Assembly (NCBI GenBank): GCA_030390025.1 | Contig: JASTWF010000360.1 | Span: forward strand, 186,001-250,000 | DNA from: Squalus acanthias | Lineage: Eukaryota | Direction of reading: 5' to 3' | DNA length: 64,000 nt | Part shown: piece after piece, positions 1-12,637 of the stretch | Position numbering within the stretch: the stretch's first letter is position 1 | Layout of the letters: each line of letters begins with the position of its first letter | The notes under the pieces: model-generated | The model's database searches: none | Told to the model about the DNA's origin: nothing | What the model saw: the letters and a program-made list of their open reading frames with translations, nothing else | Translations under genes and position numbers: made by a program

Positions 1-1
1 G

Positions 2-1489
2 GACTGTCTCACAAATAGACACCCACAAAGAAAAGGTAAAAAATCAGTAAATTGGTCAGCCTTTTCAAACTGGAAAAAGGAAGCAGAAAGGCGTAAGGAC
101 CGTAGTATACAAGCCAGTAGATCTGACATTAAAAATAAGAGAAAAGACCCAGAGAATAAATTGGCAAAACCAGATGAAGTCAGACAAATGGCTTTAAGAC
201 AAACCCTGAAGCCTACCGCTCCTACCTCCGTTTACCCCCCTTTACCCACGCCTCACTCAAGTGATGGCGAGGATCAGGGATGGTACGGAAGACCAACTCC
301 ACCTCCCGCATATGCAGAGCAACAACAGGTTGCAGCGCTTAGTGAAGTACCCGAAACCCAAAATGGAAATCGGGGATCCTTACCAGAACACGTCAGTCAT
401 CATACCAGATCCCATGCTGCACGTCAGCCAGATCAGGTACAGGGCCAAGAAGATGTCACTATCAATCCGCTCAGACGTTTCCCCAACGTTCACGTGCCAG
501 ACGGAGCTCCAGTTGTTGTCCATCGCCCATGGACAGCGTCCGAGCTACGGACAATAATCCACGAACTACCAGACCCCGTAGAGGATTTAGAAAAAGCGAT
601 TGGTGAGCTGAAAAGCGTCATTATTTGCCACCAGCCCACTATTGTGGACGTTGACCAGCTACTCAGAGCTTGGTTAAAGGATTCCAAATACCGCCTTTTA
701 ACAGAAGGCGAAGATAAATTCAGATTAATTGAAAATCATAGAACAAACCAGAACTGGAATCCAGAAACACTACCAAACGAACCGTTCTGGACTGAATTGT
801 ATAGAGTAATGCATGTTAAATTCCCAAAAAGAACTAATTGGACAAAAATAATTGAGACAACTCAGAAAAAGGACGAAGATGTTGAGGATTATATAGAAAG
901 GATAGAAGCAATTATGGGACAACATTCTGGAATGACCAAAGAAAATTATCAGGTTCCTTTAGTCAATGCCCTTGTAAATGGTCTCAGAGCAGAACTTAAG
1001 GAACCATTGACTCTGGTCTGCCTAGATTGGAGGCATAAATCAACTCCTGAACTAACACAAATGTTGAAAGAAATTCAGGAGAGAAATAGAGATCAAAAGA
1101 ACAAGGTTTCCCTCTTAATGGAGCAAGCAGCTTCTGCAGCCCCGACTGACCAGACTACTATTTATTATCAAGGTCATTACAGAGGACGAGGCAGAGGGTA
1201 TAACAAAGGTAGATTTAGAGGAAGAAATAGGGGTGGGACTGGCAGAGGCCAGTGGAATGGAGGAGGTACAAACTCTCCATGTTATAATTGTGGTCAGATT
1301 GGACACTGGAAGGCTCACTGCCCGTTCCCCAACCAGCAAAATCAAAGCTGGGGAGGTGCAGAAAACAATGTAAATACCCAAGCCCAAGTTCACACTCGTC
1401 CGCAGGCAGGTTTTACAACAGGGAACCCTTGGGGAAATCAATATATGGAGGGACAATTCGGACCCCCAGAACAAAATTATTCAGCATGA
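2..1489 (+). CDS. gag: Retroviral Gag (5'-partial; frame open from position 2)
   Basis: Late-domain motifs PTAP, YPPL and PPAY; MHR-like QKKDEDVEDYIERI; RG-rich stretch; single CCHC knuckle CYNCGQIGHWKAHC; ends at TGA 1487-1489. Confidence 0.95.
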   Translation, partial: DCLTNRHPQRKGKKSVNWSAFSNWKKEAERRKDRSIQASRSDIKNKRKDPENKLAKPDEVRQMALRQTLKPTAPTSVYPPLPTPHSSDGEDQGWYGRPTPPPAYAEQQQVAALSEVPETQNGNRGSLPEHVSHHTRSHAARQPDQVQGQEDVTINPLRRFPNVHVPDGAPVVVHRPWTASELRTIIHELPDPVEDLEKAIGELKSVIICHQPTIVDVDQLLRAWLKDSKYRLLTEGEDKFRLIENHRTNQNWNPETLPNEPFWTELYRVMHVKFPKRTNWTKIIETTQKKDEDVEDYIERIEAIMGQHSGMTKENYQVPLVNALVNGLRAELKEPLTLVCLDWRHKSTPELTQMLKEIQERNRDQKNKVSLLMEQAASAAPTDQTTIYYQGHYRGRGRGYNKGRFRGRNRGGTGRGQWNGGGTNSPCYNCGQIGHWKAHCPFPNQQNQSWGGAENNVNTQAQVHTRPQAGFTTGNPWGNQYMEGQFGPPEQNYSA

Positions 1490-4400
1490 CGCAGTGAAAC
1501 AGCCCCGAACGTTACCCACATTTTACAATTACCTTCTGTATCATCAAATTCTAGAGATGAGCCATATTTATCCATAGAAATGCAGGGCAAGAGAGTTCCT
1601 TTTCTTATTGACACAAGCTCGCTATTAACAAAGCAATACGCTAAGGGAACTCCGTGTACAGAGAAGAGCGCTACATGTGTAGGACTTTCCGGCGTTTCAC
1701 AGACTATGACGTGGTCACAGCCATTAGAAATACAAGCAGAAAATTTTTCTGGCCAGCATGCTTTTCTTCTGTCAGACGATGCCCCTATGAATCTTTTAGG
1801 GAGAGATTTGTTGTGCAAAATGCAAGCTACAATAATTTGTTCAGAAAAAGGACTACAGGTGTACATCCCTACTGATAGATGCACTATGTATCCTTTGCAG
1901 AAATGCGCCCCTCCAGTTACCGCACGGGAAACAGAGCAACTACTCGATCAAATTCCACCACAAGTATGGTCTAGCCATTCAAACGAGGTTGGAAAAATGT
2001 TAACTGCTCAGCCATACAAGGTTACATTAAAACCATCTGTCAGATTGCCCCGTAGACCGCAGTACCCGATCTCAACAGCAGCCGAACAAGGAATCCAGCC
2101 TGTCATTAACTCTTTGTTGGAGCAAGGAATAATTGTTCCAACCCAGAGCCAACCCAATGTAACACTCCGATTTTTCCGGTCGAGAAGTAAGAGCGTGGAA
2201 AGTGGAGACTTGTGCAGGATCTAAGGGCAGTGAACGAATCAGTATTACCCGTTTACCCAGTTGTGCCAAATCCTGCCACGATCCTGACTAGCATTCCCTC
2301 TGGATCGAAATTCTACACTGTCATTGACTTATGCTCAGCCTTCTTTAGTATCCCTATCCATCAAGATTCACAGTTCCTCTTCGTCTTTACATTTAAAGGA
2401 ACACAGTTCACTTGGACAAGACTCCCGCAGGGTTACACAGAAAGCCTCACAATCTTTTCGCAAAGCCTTAAACGTGATTTAGAAGACATACACTTTACTG
2501 GAGGATCCACACTTATCCAATATGTCGATGATTTACTGATAGCTTCACCCGATGTACAGTCATGCCAGACCGACTCGCTCATTATGCTGCGTGCCTTAGC
2601 GGCAAAAGGACATAAAGTATCACGTTCTAAGCTGCAGTTTGTGTCAGAGAAAGTACAATATTTGGGACATGAGCTCCATGGCAATAGCCGCCGTTTGATG
2701 CAAGAAAGAGTTAAAGCCATTTGTGAGGCACCTTTGCCTAGCACTAAACAACAGTTGAAACATTTTCTCGGCATGTCAGGATACTGTAGACAGTGGATAG
2801 TGGGATATTCGGACCTGGTACTCCCACTGCTGGATACTTCCGCACCCACAGCGGAGGATCCTCTCGCATGGGACAAAAAGGCTGAAGATGCCTTTGAAAA
2901 TGTTAAACAAGCCCAGCATTAGGGCTGCCAGACTATCAGAAGCAGTTTAACCTTTTCGTCCATAATAAAGCGGGCTTTGCTCAATCTGTTCTGACTCAAA
3001 TCCATGGGGATAAACAGAGACCATTAGCGTATTTCAGTACTCAATTAGATCCTGTTGCACGCGGTTTGCCCGGGTGCTTGCCAATTCTAGCCGCTGCCTA
3101 TTACGCAGTGGAACAGGCTCAAGGCATCACACTTAATCACTGAACAGTTTTATTTGTGCCACATTCAGTTGAAGTACTACTGACAAAATACGCCACCCAA
3201 CATCTGACATCAGCTCGTAGCAGCAAATATGAGGTTGCATTGCTATCTAATTCCAACCTCCTGATTCAAAGGTGTTCAGTTTTGAATCCAGCCACGCTGC
3301 TGCCAACAGAAGAAGACGGAATTCCACATTGCTGTGAGACGGTTACCCAATTAGCTACCAAGGCCCGAACAGATCTATCTGAAACTCCTATTTTTAATAG
3401 TGACTTAATATACTACGTGGGTGGACGGGTCAGCTCTTAGGGATGACAGGGGATCACCTAGGGCTGGATATGCCATATCAGATGATCATTCAATTGTGGA
3501 AGCTCTCTCATTACCTCAGTCTTTTTCAGCGCAACAAGCAGAACTTTTCGCTCTTACAAGGGCTTGTATACTAGCTGCTGGTCGAACCGTTAATATCTAT
3601 ACTGACTCCAGATACGCCTTCGGGGTTGCTCATGATTACGGACAGATCTGGAAATTAAGGGGGTTTCTAACTTCATCAGGAACAACTGTTAAAAATGCTG
3701 AACAAATTAACAACCTTTTAAAAGCCCTAGCGTGTCCCACAAAAATTTCAGTCATCAAATGTCAGGCTCATACCGGGGGTCAGGATCAGATCTCCCTGGG
3801 TAACGATCGATCAGATAAAGCTGCTAAATCAGCCGCTCTGTCAGATACAGGGCCACAAGTCTCAGCATTTGTTTTGCATCAACAAAATGACCCACCTTCT
3901 ATTAATGATGTTTTGACCTTTCAGTCACAGGCTAACTCGGACGAAGTGTTAAGTTGGGCAAGGGATTCGTGCTTTAAAACGCCTGAAGGGATATGGGTTC
4001 ACCATGACGGCCGCATGGTAGCCCCGAAATCTCTACTCCCGTGGATTGCCCGATGCGTTCATGTTTTCACACATGCGGGCAAAAGGGGGATGGCAGACTA
4101 TATTAATCAAACATGGTATGCACCAGGTATTTCGGCAATTGCAAAACAAATTAGTGAAAGGTGCACTATTTGCCAGGAAATGAATCCAGGCAAGACAGAG
4201 AAAGTACAGTCTGCCTCCCACCCAAATCCATCAGGCCCTTTTGTAAATTTGCAAATGGATTTTATTGAATTACCTGTATGTTTAGGATTCAAATACGTGT
4301 TGGTAATTATAGACACATTCTCAAGATGGGTGGAAGCTTTTCCATGTAAAAAAAATGATGCTGTAACAGTTGCGAAGTGTTTGCTAAAAGAAATCATACC

Positions 4401-5040
4401 AAGGTTTGGAATACCTATGCAGCTCTCATGCGACAATGGATCGCACTTTACTGGAGTGATCGTAAAGGAACTATGTAAAGCTTTGCAGATTAATCAGCAT
4501 TTTCACTGCAGTTATCATCCACAATCTGCAGGGCTGGTAGAAAGATATAACGGAGTACTGAAGAATAAACTTTCTAAACTTTGCAATGAAACTGGACTAA
4601 AATGGGTTGAACTGTTACCCTTAGCATTGATGGTAATGCGAGCAGCAACTAACAGGACAACTGGACTGTCGCCACATGAGATTGTTATGGGACGACCCCA
4701 AAGGCTGCCATTCTCAGCACCCTTTACGGTTAAACAAATGGACATTCATAAAATGGATGAAAATATGCTAAACTATTGCATTGCATTAACTAGATGTATT
4801 TCCAGCTTTCACCAACAGGTAAAGGAAGCTCAAACGGAACTGGCCGAAGGAAAGTGCCATAACTTGGAACCAGGAGATGACGTCTACGTAAAGGTCTTTA
4901 AGAGGAAGAACGGTCTGCAGCCACGCTATGAAGGGCCATATCAAGTACTCTTGACAACAAATACAGCTGTAAAAGTCAAGGAAAGACCTACCTGGATCCA
5001 CGCATCCCATTGCAAGAAAGTATCAGATAAGGACAGTTGA
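1490..5040 (+). pseudogene. pol: Retroviral pro-pol (protease, RT, RNase H, integrase), disrupted
   Basis: Protease FLIDT (DTG damaged) and NLLGRDLL; RT LPQG and YVDD; RNase H DGS, AELFAL, YTDSRY; integrase HHCC, QMDF/CDNG/VER and GPY. Frameshifts near 2150, 2915 and 3420 (GTGG duplication); TGA near 3142. Confidence 0.96.
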
Positions 5041-5065
5041 ATTTGAATTTGAAAAGACTTAAATA

Positions 5066-6450
5066 ATGAAGCTGTTATTTACGTTTTACCTACTAATCGG
5101 ACTGATATGTATAGCCTGCCAAGGGAGAAGAAAAGAACCCCGAAAGAAACGAGAATTACATATGAACACTTTTTTGTATATGTCATATAAGTATGCCAAA
5201 AAAAGTGGGATAAACGCCTGTTGGGTATGTAGCCATATTCCTACCCATGTGAAAGGAGAAATACCCCTGCGACCGATACCCTTGAACCTCACAGATATGG
5301 CAGAATGGATAATTAATAAAAATCATACGAAACAGAAAAATACCACCCTATCCACCTTCGGAAATAAATGGGAACAAAAGTGGTCTAGCCTAAGAAACGA
5401 GTTTAAGGGGGGAGGATATTCGTTAGAAAATTTTAAGGGATGGTACAAGCCGACGTATGATTATACGAAAGTACCTCCTTTTCTAGCCCTTACCAATACA
5501 TCGGGAAAGGGCCGACCGATCGGGGATATATGCTGGGAACGCGATCTAGGACAGACTAAAGGGAACAGAGTTAATATGGGGAAAAGTCGTTGCATACAAA
5601 AGTTTATTACGGAAGGGGCAGGAAGTTCCATGGAAAGCTGGTGGTTCAATACTACCAGTTTGATGAATTTGACTAATAACAGACCATGGAATGGGACTAA
5701 ATGATTGAATACTGACAATCAGATGGGTTTTACCATTTTCCGCACCAACGTGAACCCTGATCAACCGGGACAGATAGTGACAGCCTATAACGGGACGTAC
5801 TTCATATGCGGTCACAGAGCATACCCTTGGCTACCAGAGAATTGGGCAGGATCATGCTATTTGGGGTATGTAGTACCATACATACACCACATAAAGGAAT
5901 TGAAAGACCACCATAAGCATAGCTGTAAGAAAAGAGAACTCCCCACATGGAAGATGTTAGTTGGAGCTATGTTTCCCCCTGCTGGAATAGCGTTTACTTC
6001 CCAAGAAATACTGTTACTGTCAGCATTAATCGAGGGGGTAGCTAACGACACGGTTAAATCCCTGAGGGAGGTGAGCGCCGATATGGTAGCCCTGAGAACC
6101 GTCGCCCTACAAAATAGAATGGCACTAGATTACCTACTAGCTGCACAGGGAGGTACATGTGCCATGATCGGAGCAGAATGTTGCACATATATCCCAGATA
6201 GCTCTGAAAATATAACCAACTTATTCAGAAACAGGTTGCCCTGCTCTATCAATCCAGGACCAAAGGCGGCTGGGCTGATTGGATATTAGGGGGATGGTTG
6301 GGATCAATGGGACAAGTATTATTGCATGGATTAGTAGTAGTAGTAGCCACGATTGCATGTATCATTTTGGTTGTCACAATGATTAAGTGTTGTTGTAATA
6401 GGTTAGGCAAGGTAGTCATACCTGAAGTAAGTATGATGATACAGAAATAA
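5066..6450 (+). pseudogene. env: Gamma-type envelope glycoprotein, disrupted
   Basis: Signal peptide, CWVC, SCKKR cleavage site, fusion peptide, [21 protein letters not shown]6CC. In-frame TGA at 5702-5704 and a frameshift near 6225; the TM segment LLHGLVVVVATIACIILVVTMIKCCC is in the shifted frame. Confidence 0.95.
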
Positions 6451-7170
6451 ATAAATGACGAAGAAGAAAAGTATGGTCCCTTCGGGGAGGAACTGAGGTG
6501 ATTGAATAAAATACAATTTTAAGGATTAGACAACCGAGACAAAATATACATATATATATATATATTTTTGCATGCTCCCCACTTTCGGTAAACATATTCT
6601 TCCACCCAAATGGGATCTGCAGGCTAGGGAAAGAGAGAGGACTCCATTCAACTGCCGGTGATGTCGACCTTGTATACCACTTGGTCCGCACTCTGGAGGC
6701 TCACGTAGAAGAACTTGTGCTTAGGAGAACCCACAGGTTAAGTATAAACTGTGTGGATCATGAATCAGTCCTCCTCTATAAGCTGCAGTTCCCTAGGAGA
6801 ACCCCACAGGTTAGGCATAAACTGTGTGGGCCATGACTTAGAACTCCTCTATGAACTGCTGTACCCTATCTCCTTAGAGGGTGTATAACAACACCCGAAC
6901 TGCAGGCTAGTATAAACTGCAGGAAAAGTTAGAGAACAGCAGACTAATGAACCACAAAAGTACGCCACAGTCACCAAAACACAACTAAAACCCCTACAAG
7001 AACATACACCCAAAACACCGAGAATAGACAGAGAAGAAGGACGATCTTAGATAAGGTCAACCATCAATACAGGTATATCCCGGGGATGGTTACAAACAGA
7101 AAAGAAGTCGGTATCCTTGACTAGATTTTGAGTTAGTATAAGGACCGATGGGAGAAAGCTATGTTGTCCT

Positions 7171-7191
7171 AGAAAGGAGAAAAGGGGAAAA
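7171..7191 (+). promoter_or_regulatory. Polypurine tract
   Basis: AGAAAGGAGAAAAGGGGAAAA directly before the TG that opens the LTR. Confidence 0.9.
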
Positions 7192-7758
7192 TGTAGAAGT
7201 GCAGTTTACTTTTAGACACAAACACAATGGCTTTTCTGAGAAAAGAATTTAAAAAAAGGGGAATTCAAAATGGCCGACAGTAGGAGTCACCATAATAAGT
7301 AAATCATTCTAATTAGCTACAAGGGACAACTCAGAATTCCTTATCTAAGAAAAGCTTAGCAAAATAAGGCATCAATTAGTTCTAACCAGCTCAGGATGAG
7401 ATAAGGTAAGCCATCAACCCACAGATTAGAGAATGAACATTGAACAAAGGGATCCCACAAGGAAGGTCTGGTTATCTGATCTTTAAGGAATTTCTGCTCA
7501 TTATTATAACGAAAACCTATGCAATAACTCACAAGTTTGTGCATCATTAATCAGGATGTTTAATGCTATGTCATATGGCCTGTTCTGTGTTCTTTTTTGT
7601 ATAAAGTATGTTCAAATCTTGTAAGATTCGAAGCATTCTGACATAGCAACTTGACTGTGTCAGAACCTTCCCTTGTAACAAGTAAACTTTATTAAAAGCC
7701 TTCTTTGACATGATTCTATGTTTACAAAGTGTTCCACTCGGCATGTAAAACTTCGACA
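7192..7758 (+). repeat. 3' LTR (567 bp)
   Basis: Starts TGTAGAAGT and ends ACTTCGACA (8/9 inverted repeat); TATAAA at about 7600; AGTAAA/ATTAAA at 7681-7696. Confidence 0.88.
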
Positions 7759-7915
7759 GTTGCTATGATTCACAGGGGCATTGCCAAGTCCCACAGGATG
7801 TAGGACTGCTGATCATGTTTTTCTTTTTAACTCTTCCCTGCCATAGTTAAATTCCTCATTGACCTCGGCCCTCTTTTAGTTTCACCCTGGGTGGTGTCCC
7901 TGCCATATGACCCTT

Positions 7916-8700
7916 GACCTTCTCCCAATCTATTGCCATTCAGATAATAGTCTGCCTTTCTGTTTTTGACACCAAAGTGGATAACCTCGCACTTATCCAC
8001 GTTATATTGCATCTGCCACGCTTCTGCCCACTCACCCAACCTGTCCAAATCATCCTGGAGTTTCTCGGTATCCTCCTCGCAGCACACACTCCCACCCAGC
8101 TTTGTGTCATCTGCAAACTTGGAGATATTACATTTAGTTCCCTTATCTAGATCATTAATGTATATTGTGAATAGCTGGGGTCCAAGGACCGATCCCTGCG
8201 GTACCCCACTAGTCACTGCTTGCCACTCGGAAAAAGACCCATTAATTCCTACTCTCTGCTTTCTGTTCGCCAACCAGTTCTCTATCCAAGTCAATATCTT
8301 GCCCCCAATCCCATGTGCCTTAACTTTACACGCAGACTATTATCTGAATGGCAATAGATTGGGAGAAGGGGAAGTGCAACGAGACCTGGGTGTCCTTGTG
8401 CACCAGTCGCTGAAGGTAAGCATGCAGGTGCAGCAGGCGGTGAAGAAGGCAAATGGTATGTTGGCCTTCATAGCGAGAGGGTTTGAGTATAGGAACAGGG
8501 ATGTCCTGCTGCAGTTGTACAGGGCCTTGGTGAGACCACACCTGGAGTATTGTGTGCAGTTTTGGTCGCCTTATCTGAGGAAGGATGTTCTTGCCATGGA
8601 GGGAGTTCAGCGAAGATTCACAAGGCTGATACCTGGGATGGCAGGAATGACATATGAGGAGAGATTGGGTCGATTGGGCTTATACTCGCTGGAGTATAGA
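7916..8700. mobile_element. CR1 LINE fragment with inverted 5' part (7916-8330 minus, 8331-8700 plus)
   Basis: RT motifs GVPQGSVLGP and FADDTK on the minus strand; [13 protein letters not shown] on the plus strand. Confidence 0.9.
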
Positions 8701-10110
8701 AACATAGAAACATAGAAAATAGGTGCAGGAGTAGACCATTCGGTCCTTCGAGCCTGCACCACCATTTAATGCGTTCATGGCTGAACATGCTACCTCAGTA
8801 CCCCATTCCTGCTTTCTCGCCATACCCCTTGATCCCCCTAGTTGTGAGTATTATATCTAACTCCCTTTTGAATATATTTAGCGAACTGGCCTCTACAACC
8901 TTCTGTGGTAGAGAATTCCACAGATTCACCACTCTCTGGGTGAAGAAGTTCCTCCTCATCTCAGTCTTAAATGGCTTCCCCTTTATCCTTAGACTGTGAC
9001 CCCTGGTTTTAGTTTTCCCTAACATTGGAAACATTCTGCCCGCATCTAATTTGTCTAAACCAGTCAGGATTTTAAACGTCTCTATAAGATCCCCCCTCAT
9101 TCTTCTGAACTCCAGAGGATACAAGTTCAGTTGATCCAGTCTTTCTTGATATGTCAGTCTGGCCATCCCAGGAATCAATCTAGTGAACCTTCATTGCACT
9201 CCCTCAACAGCAAGAATGTCCTTCCTCAAGTTAGGAGACCAAAACTGCACACAATACTCCAGGTGTGGCCTCACCAAGGCCCTGTACAACTGTAGCATCA
9301 CCTCCCTACTCCTGTACTCAAATCCCCCTGCTATGAAGGCCATCATGCCATTTGCTTTCTTGACTGCCTGCTGCACTTGCCTTCCCACCTTCAGTGACTG
9401 ATGTACCATGACGCCCAGGTCTCGTTGCACCTCCCCTTTCCCTAATCTGCCACCATTCAGGTAATAGTCTGCCTCCCTATTTTTACCACCAAAGTGGATA
9501 ACCTCACATTTATCCACATTGTACTTCATCTGCCATACATTTGCCCATTCACCAAACCTGTCCAAGTCACTCTGTAGCCTCCTAGCATCCTCCTCATTGT
9601 TCACACTGCCTCCCAATTTAGTGTCATCTGCAAATTTGGAGATATTACAATTAATCCCTTCGTCCAAATCATTAATATATAATGTAAACAGCTGGGGCCC
9701 CAGCACCGAACCCTGCGGTACCCCGCTGGTCACTACCTGCCATTCTGAAAAGTACCCATTTACTCCTACTCTTTGTTTCCTGTGTGCCAACCAGTTCTCA
9801 ATCCACATCAACACATTACCTCCAATCCCATGTGCTTTAACTTTGCACACCAATCTCTTGTGTGGGACCTTGTCGAAGGCCTTCTGAAAGTCCAAATACA
9901 CCAAATCTACTGGTTCCCCCCATCCACCCTATTGGAAACATCCTCAAAAAATTCCAGAAGATTTGTCAAGCATGATTTCCCTTTCACAAATCCATGCTGA
10001 CTTGGACCTATCATGTCGCCACTTTCCAAATGGTCTGTTATGACATCTTTAATAATTGATTCCATCATTTTACCCACCACCGATGTCAGGCTGACCGGTC
10101 TATAATTCCC
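8701..10110 (-). mobile_element. CR1 LINE, 5'-truncated (RT to 3' tail)
   Basis: NYRPVSLTS, DFQKAFDKVPH, FADD; (TTCTATGT)n-type tail at the left end. Confidence 0.95.
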
Positions 10111-11035
10111 TGCTAGAGGGGATCTCATCGAACCCAACCCCCCTCCCTGCCCATGAATGACACCAGCACTGGCAGCATGCCACCCAGCAGGTGGCGACAG
10201 CGAGGGTAGCCCATGCTCCAGGATTCCATATTAATGACTTGGATGAAGGGACCGAGTGCACTGCAGCCAAATTTGCTGATGATACAAAGATAGGTGGGAA
10301 AGCAAGTTGTGAGGAGGACACAAAGAATCTGCAAAGGGATATAGACAGGTTAAGTGAGTGGGCACAAAATTTGGCAGAGGGAGTATAATGTGGGAAAATG
10401 TGAGGTTATCCACTTTGGTAGGAAAAATAAAAAAGCATTATTTAAATGGAGGGAGACTACAGAATGCTGCGGCGCAGAGGGACCTGGGGGTCCTCGTACA
10501 TGAAACACAAAAAGTTAGCATGCAGTTACAGCAAGTAATTAGCAAGGCAAATGGAAAGTTGGCCTTTATTGCAAGGGGAATGGAGTATAAAAATAGAGAA
10601 ATCTTACTGCAACTGTACAGGGCGCTGGTGAGATCACACCTGGAGTACTGCGTACAGTTTTGGTCTCCTTATTTAAGGAGGGATATACTGGCATTGGAGA
10701 CAGTTCAGAGAAGGCTCACTAGGTTGATTCTTGAGAAGAAGGATTTGTCTTATGAAGAAAGGTTGAACAGGTTGGGCCTATACTCATTTAAGTTTAGAAG
10801 AATGAGAGGTGATCTTATTGAAACATATAAGATACTGAGGGGGCTTGACAAGGTAGATGCAGAGAAGATGTTTCCCCTCGTGGGGGAATCTAGAACTCAG
10901 GGACATAGTTTCAGAATAATTGGTCGCCCATTTAAAACATAAATGAGGAGGAATTTCTTCAGTCAGAGGGTCGTGAATCTTTGGAATTCTCTACCCCAGA
11001 GAGCTGTGGAGGCTGGGTCATTGAATATATTTAAG

Positions 11036-12127
11036 CATAGAAGATAGGAGCAGGAGTAGGCCATTCGGCCCCTCGAGCCTGCTCCACCATTTAATGAGAT
11101 CATGGCTGATCATCCAAATTCAGTACCCTGTCCCTGCCTTCTCCCCATATCCCTTGATCCCTTTAGCCTTAAGAAATATATCTAACTCCTTCTTGAATAT
11201 ATTTAATGAATTGGACTCAACTGCCTTCTGTGGTAGAGAATTCCACAGGTTCACCACTCTCTGGGTGAAGAAATTCCTCCTCATCTCAGTCCTAAATGGC
11301 TTACCCCTTATCCTTAGACTGTGACCTCTGGTTCTGGACTCCCCCGCCATCAGGAACATCCTTCCTGCATCTAGTTTGTCTAGTCCTGTTAGAATTTTAT
11401 AAGTTTCAATGAGATTCCCTCTCATTCTTCTAAACTCTAGCAAATATAAGCCTACTCGACCCAATCTCTCTTCATACGTCATTCCTGCCATCCCAGGTAT
11501 CAGTCTGGTAAATCTTCACTGCACTCCCTCCATGGCAAGAACTTCCTCAGATAAGGCGACCAAAATTGCACACAATACTCAAGATGTGGTCTCACCAAGG
11601 CCCTGTACAACTGCAGCAAGACATCCTTACTCGAATCCTCTCGCTATGAAAGCCAACATACCATTTGCCTTCTTAACTGCCTGCTGCACCTGCATGCTTA
11701 CCTTCAGCGACTGGTGCACAAGGACACCCAGCTCTCGTTGCACTTCCCCTTTTCCCAATCTATTGCCGTTCAGATAATAATCTGTCTTCCTGTTTTTCCC
11801 ACCAAAGTGGATAACCTCGCATTTATCCACATTATACTGCATCTGCCAAGCATCTGCCCAATCACCCAACCTGTCTAAATCATACTGGAGTTTCTCTGCA
11901 TCCTCTTCACAGCACACACGCCCACCCAGCTTTGTATCGTCTGCAAACTTGGAGATATTACATCTTGGTCCCTCGTCTCGATCATTAATATATATTGTGA
12001 AAAGCTGAGGTCCTAGGACCGATCCCTGCGGTACCCCACTAGTCACTGCCTGCCACTCGGAAAAAGACCCGTTTATTCCAACTCTTTGCTTCCTGTCTGC
12101 CAACCAGTTCTCTATCCAAATCAGTAC
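11036..12127 (-). mobile_element. CR1 LINE, 5'-truncated, nested
   Basis: ORF fragments 11627-12226 and 11120-11491 carry CR1 RT and C-terminal motifs. Confidence 0.93.
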
Positions 12128-12210
12128 CTTAAGGTGAAGATAGGTGAAGACAGATTTTTGAATGATAAAGGAGTCAAGGGTTATGGGGAGCGGGCAGGAA
12201 AGTGGAGTTG

Positions 12211-12637
12211 AAAGAAAGAATTGCATTTATATTGCATCTTTCACGACCACCGGACATCTCAAAGCACTTTACAGCCAATTTGGAGTGTAGTCACTGTTGT
12301 AATGTGGGAAACACGGCAGCCAATTTGCGCACAGCAAGCTCCCACAAACAGCAGTGTGAAAATGACCAGATAATCTGTTTCTGTTATGGTGGTTGAGGGA
12401 GAAACATTGGCCAGGACACCAAGGATAACTCCCCTGCTCATCTTCGAAATAGTGCCATGGGATCTTTTACATCCACCTGAGCGAGCAGGCGGGGCCTCGG
12501 TTTAACGGCTCATCCAAAAGACTGCACTGGGAGTGTCAGCCTAGCTTTATGTGCTCAAGTCCCTGGAGTGGGACTTGAACCACACAACCTTCTGACTCAG
12601 AGGCGAGTGTGCTACCCACTGAGCCACAGCTGACACA
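12211..12637 (-). mobile_element. tRNA-derived SINE (SacSINE1/DeuSINE-like)
   Basis: Minus-strand head with A box TGGCTCAGTGG and B box GGTTCAAGTCC; body shared with copies at 15323, 19455 and 25171. Confidence 0.85.

Larger units (their letters stand above)
1..7758 (+). mobile_element. Endogenous retrovirus, class I (gamma/epsilon-like), defective; 5' end lies outside the window
   Basis: Collinear gag, pro-RT-RNaseH-IN, env, polypurine tract and 3' LTR; several frameshifts and stops in pol and env. Confidence 0.97.

Noticed and set aside
5066..6450. Domesticated syncytin-like env
   Set aside because: Internal stop and a frameshift before the TM segment, inside a decaying provirus.
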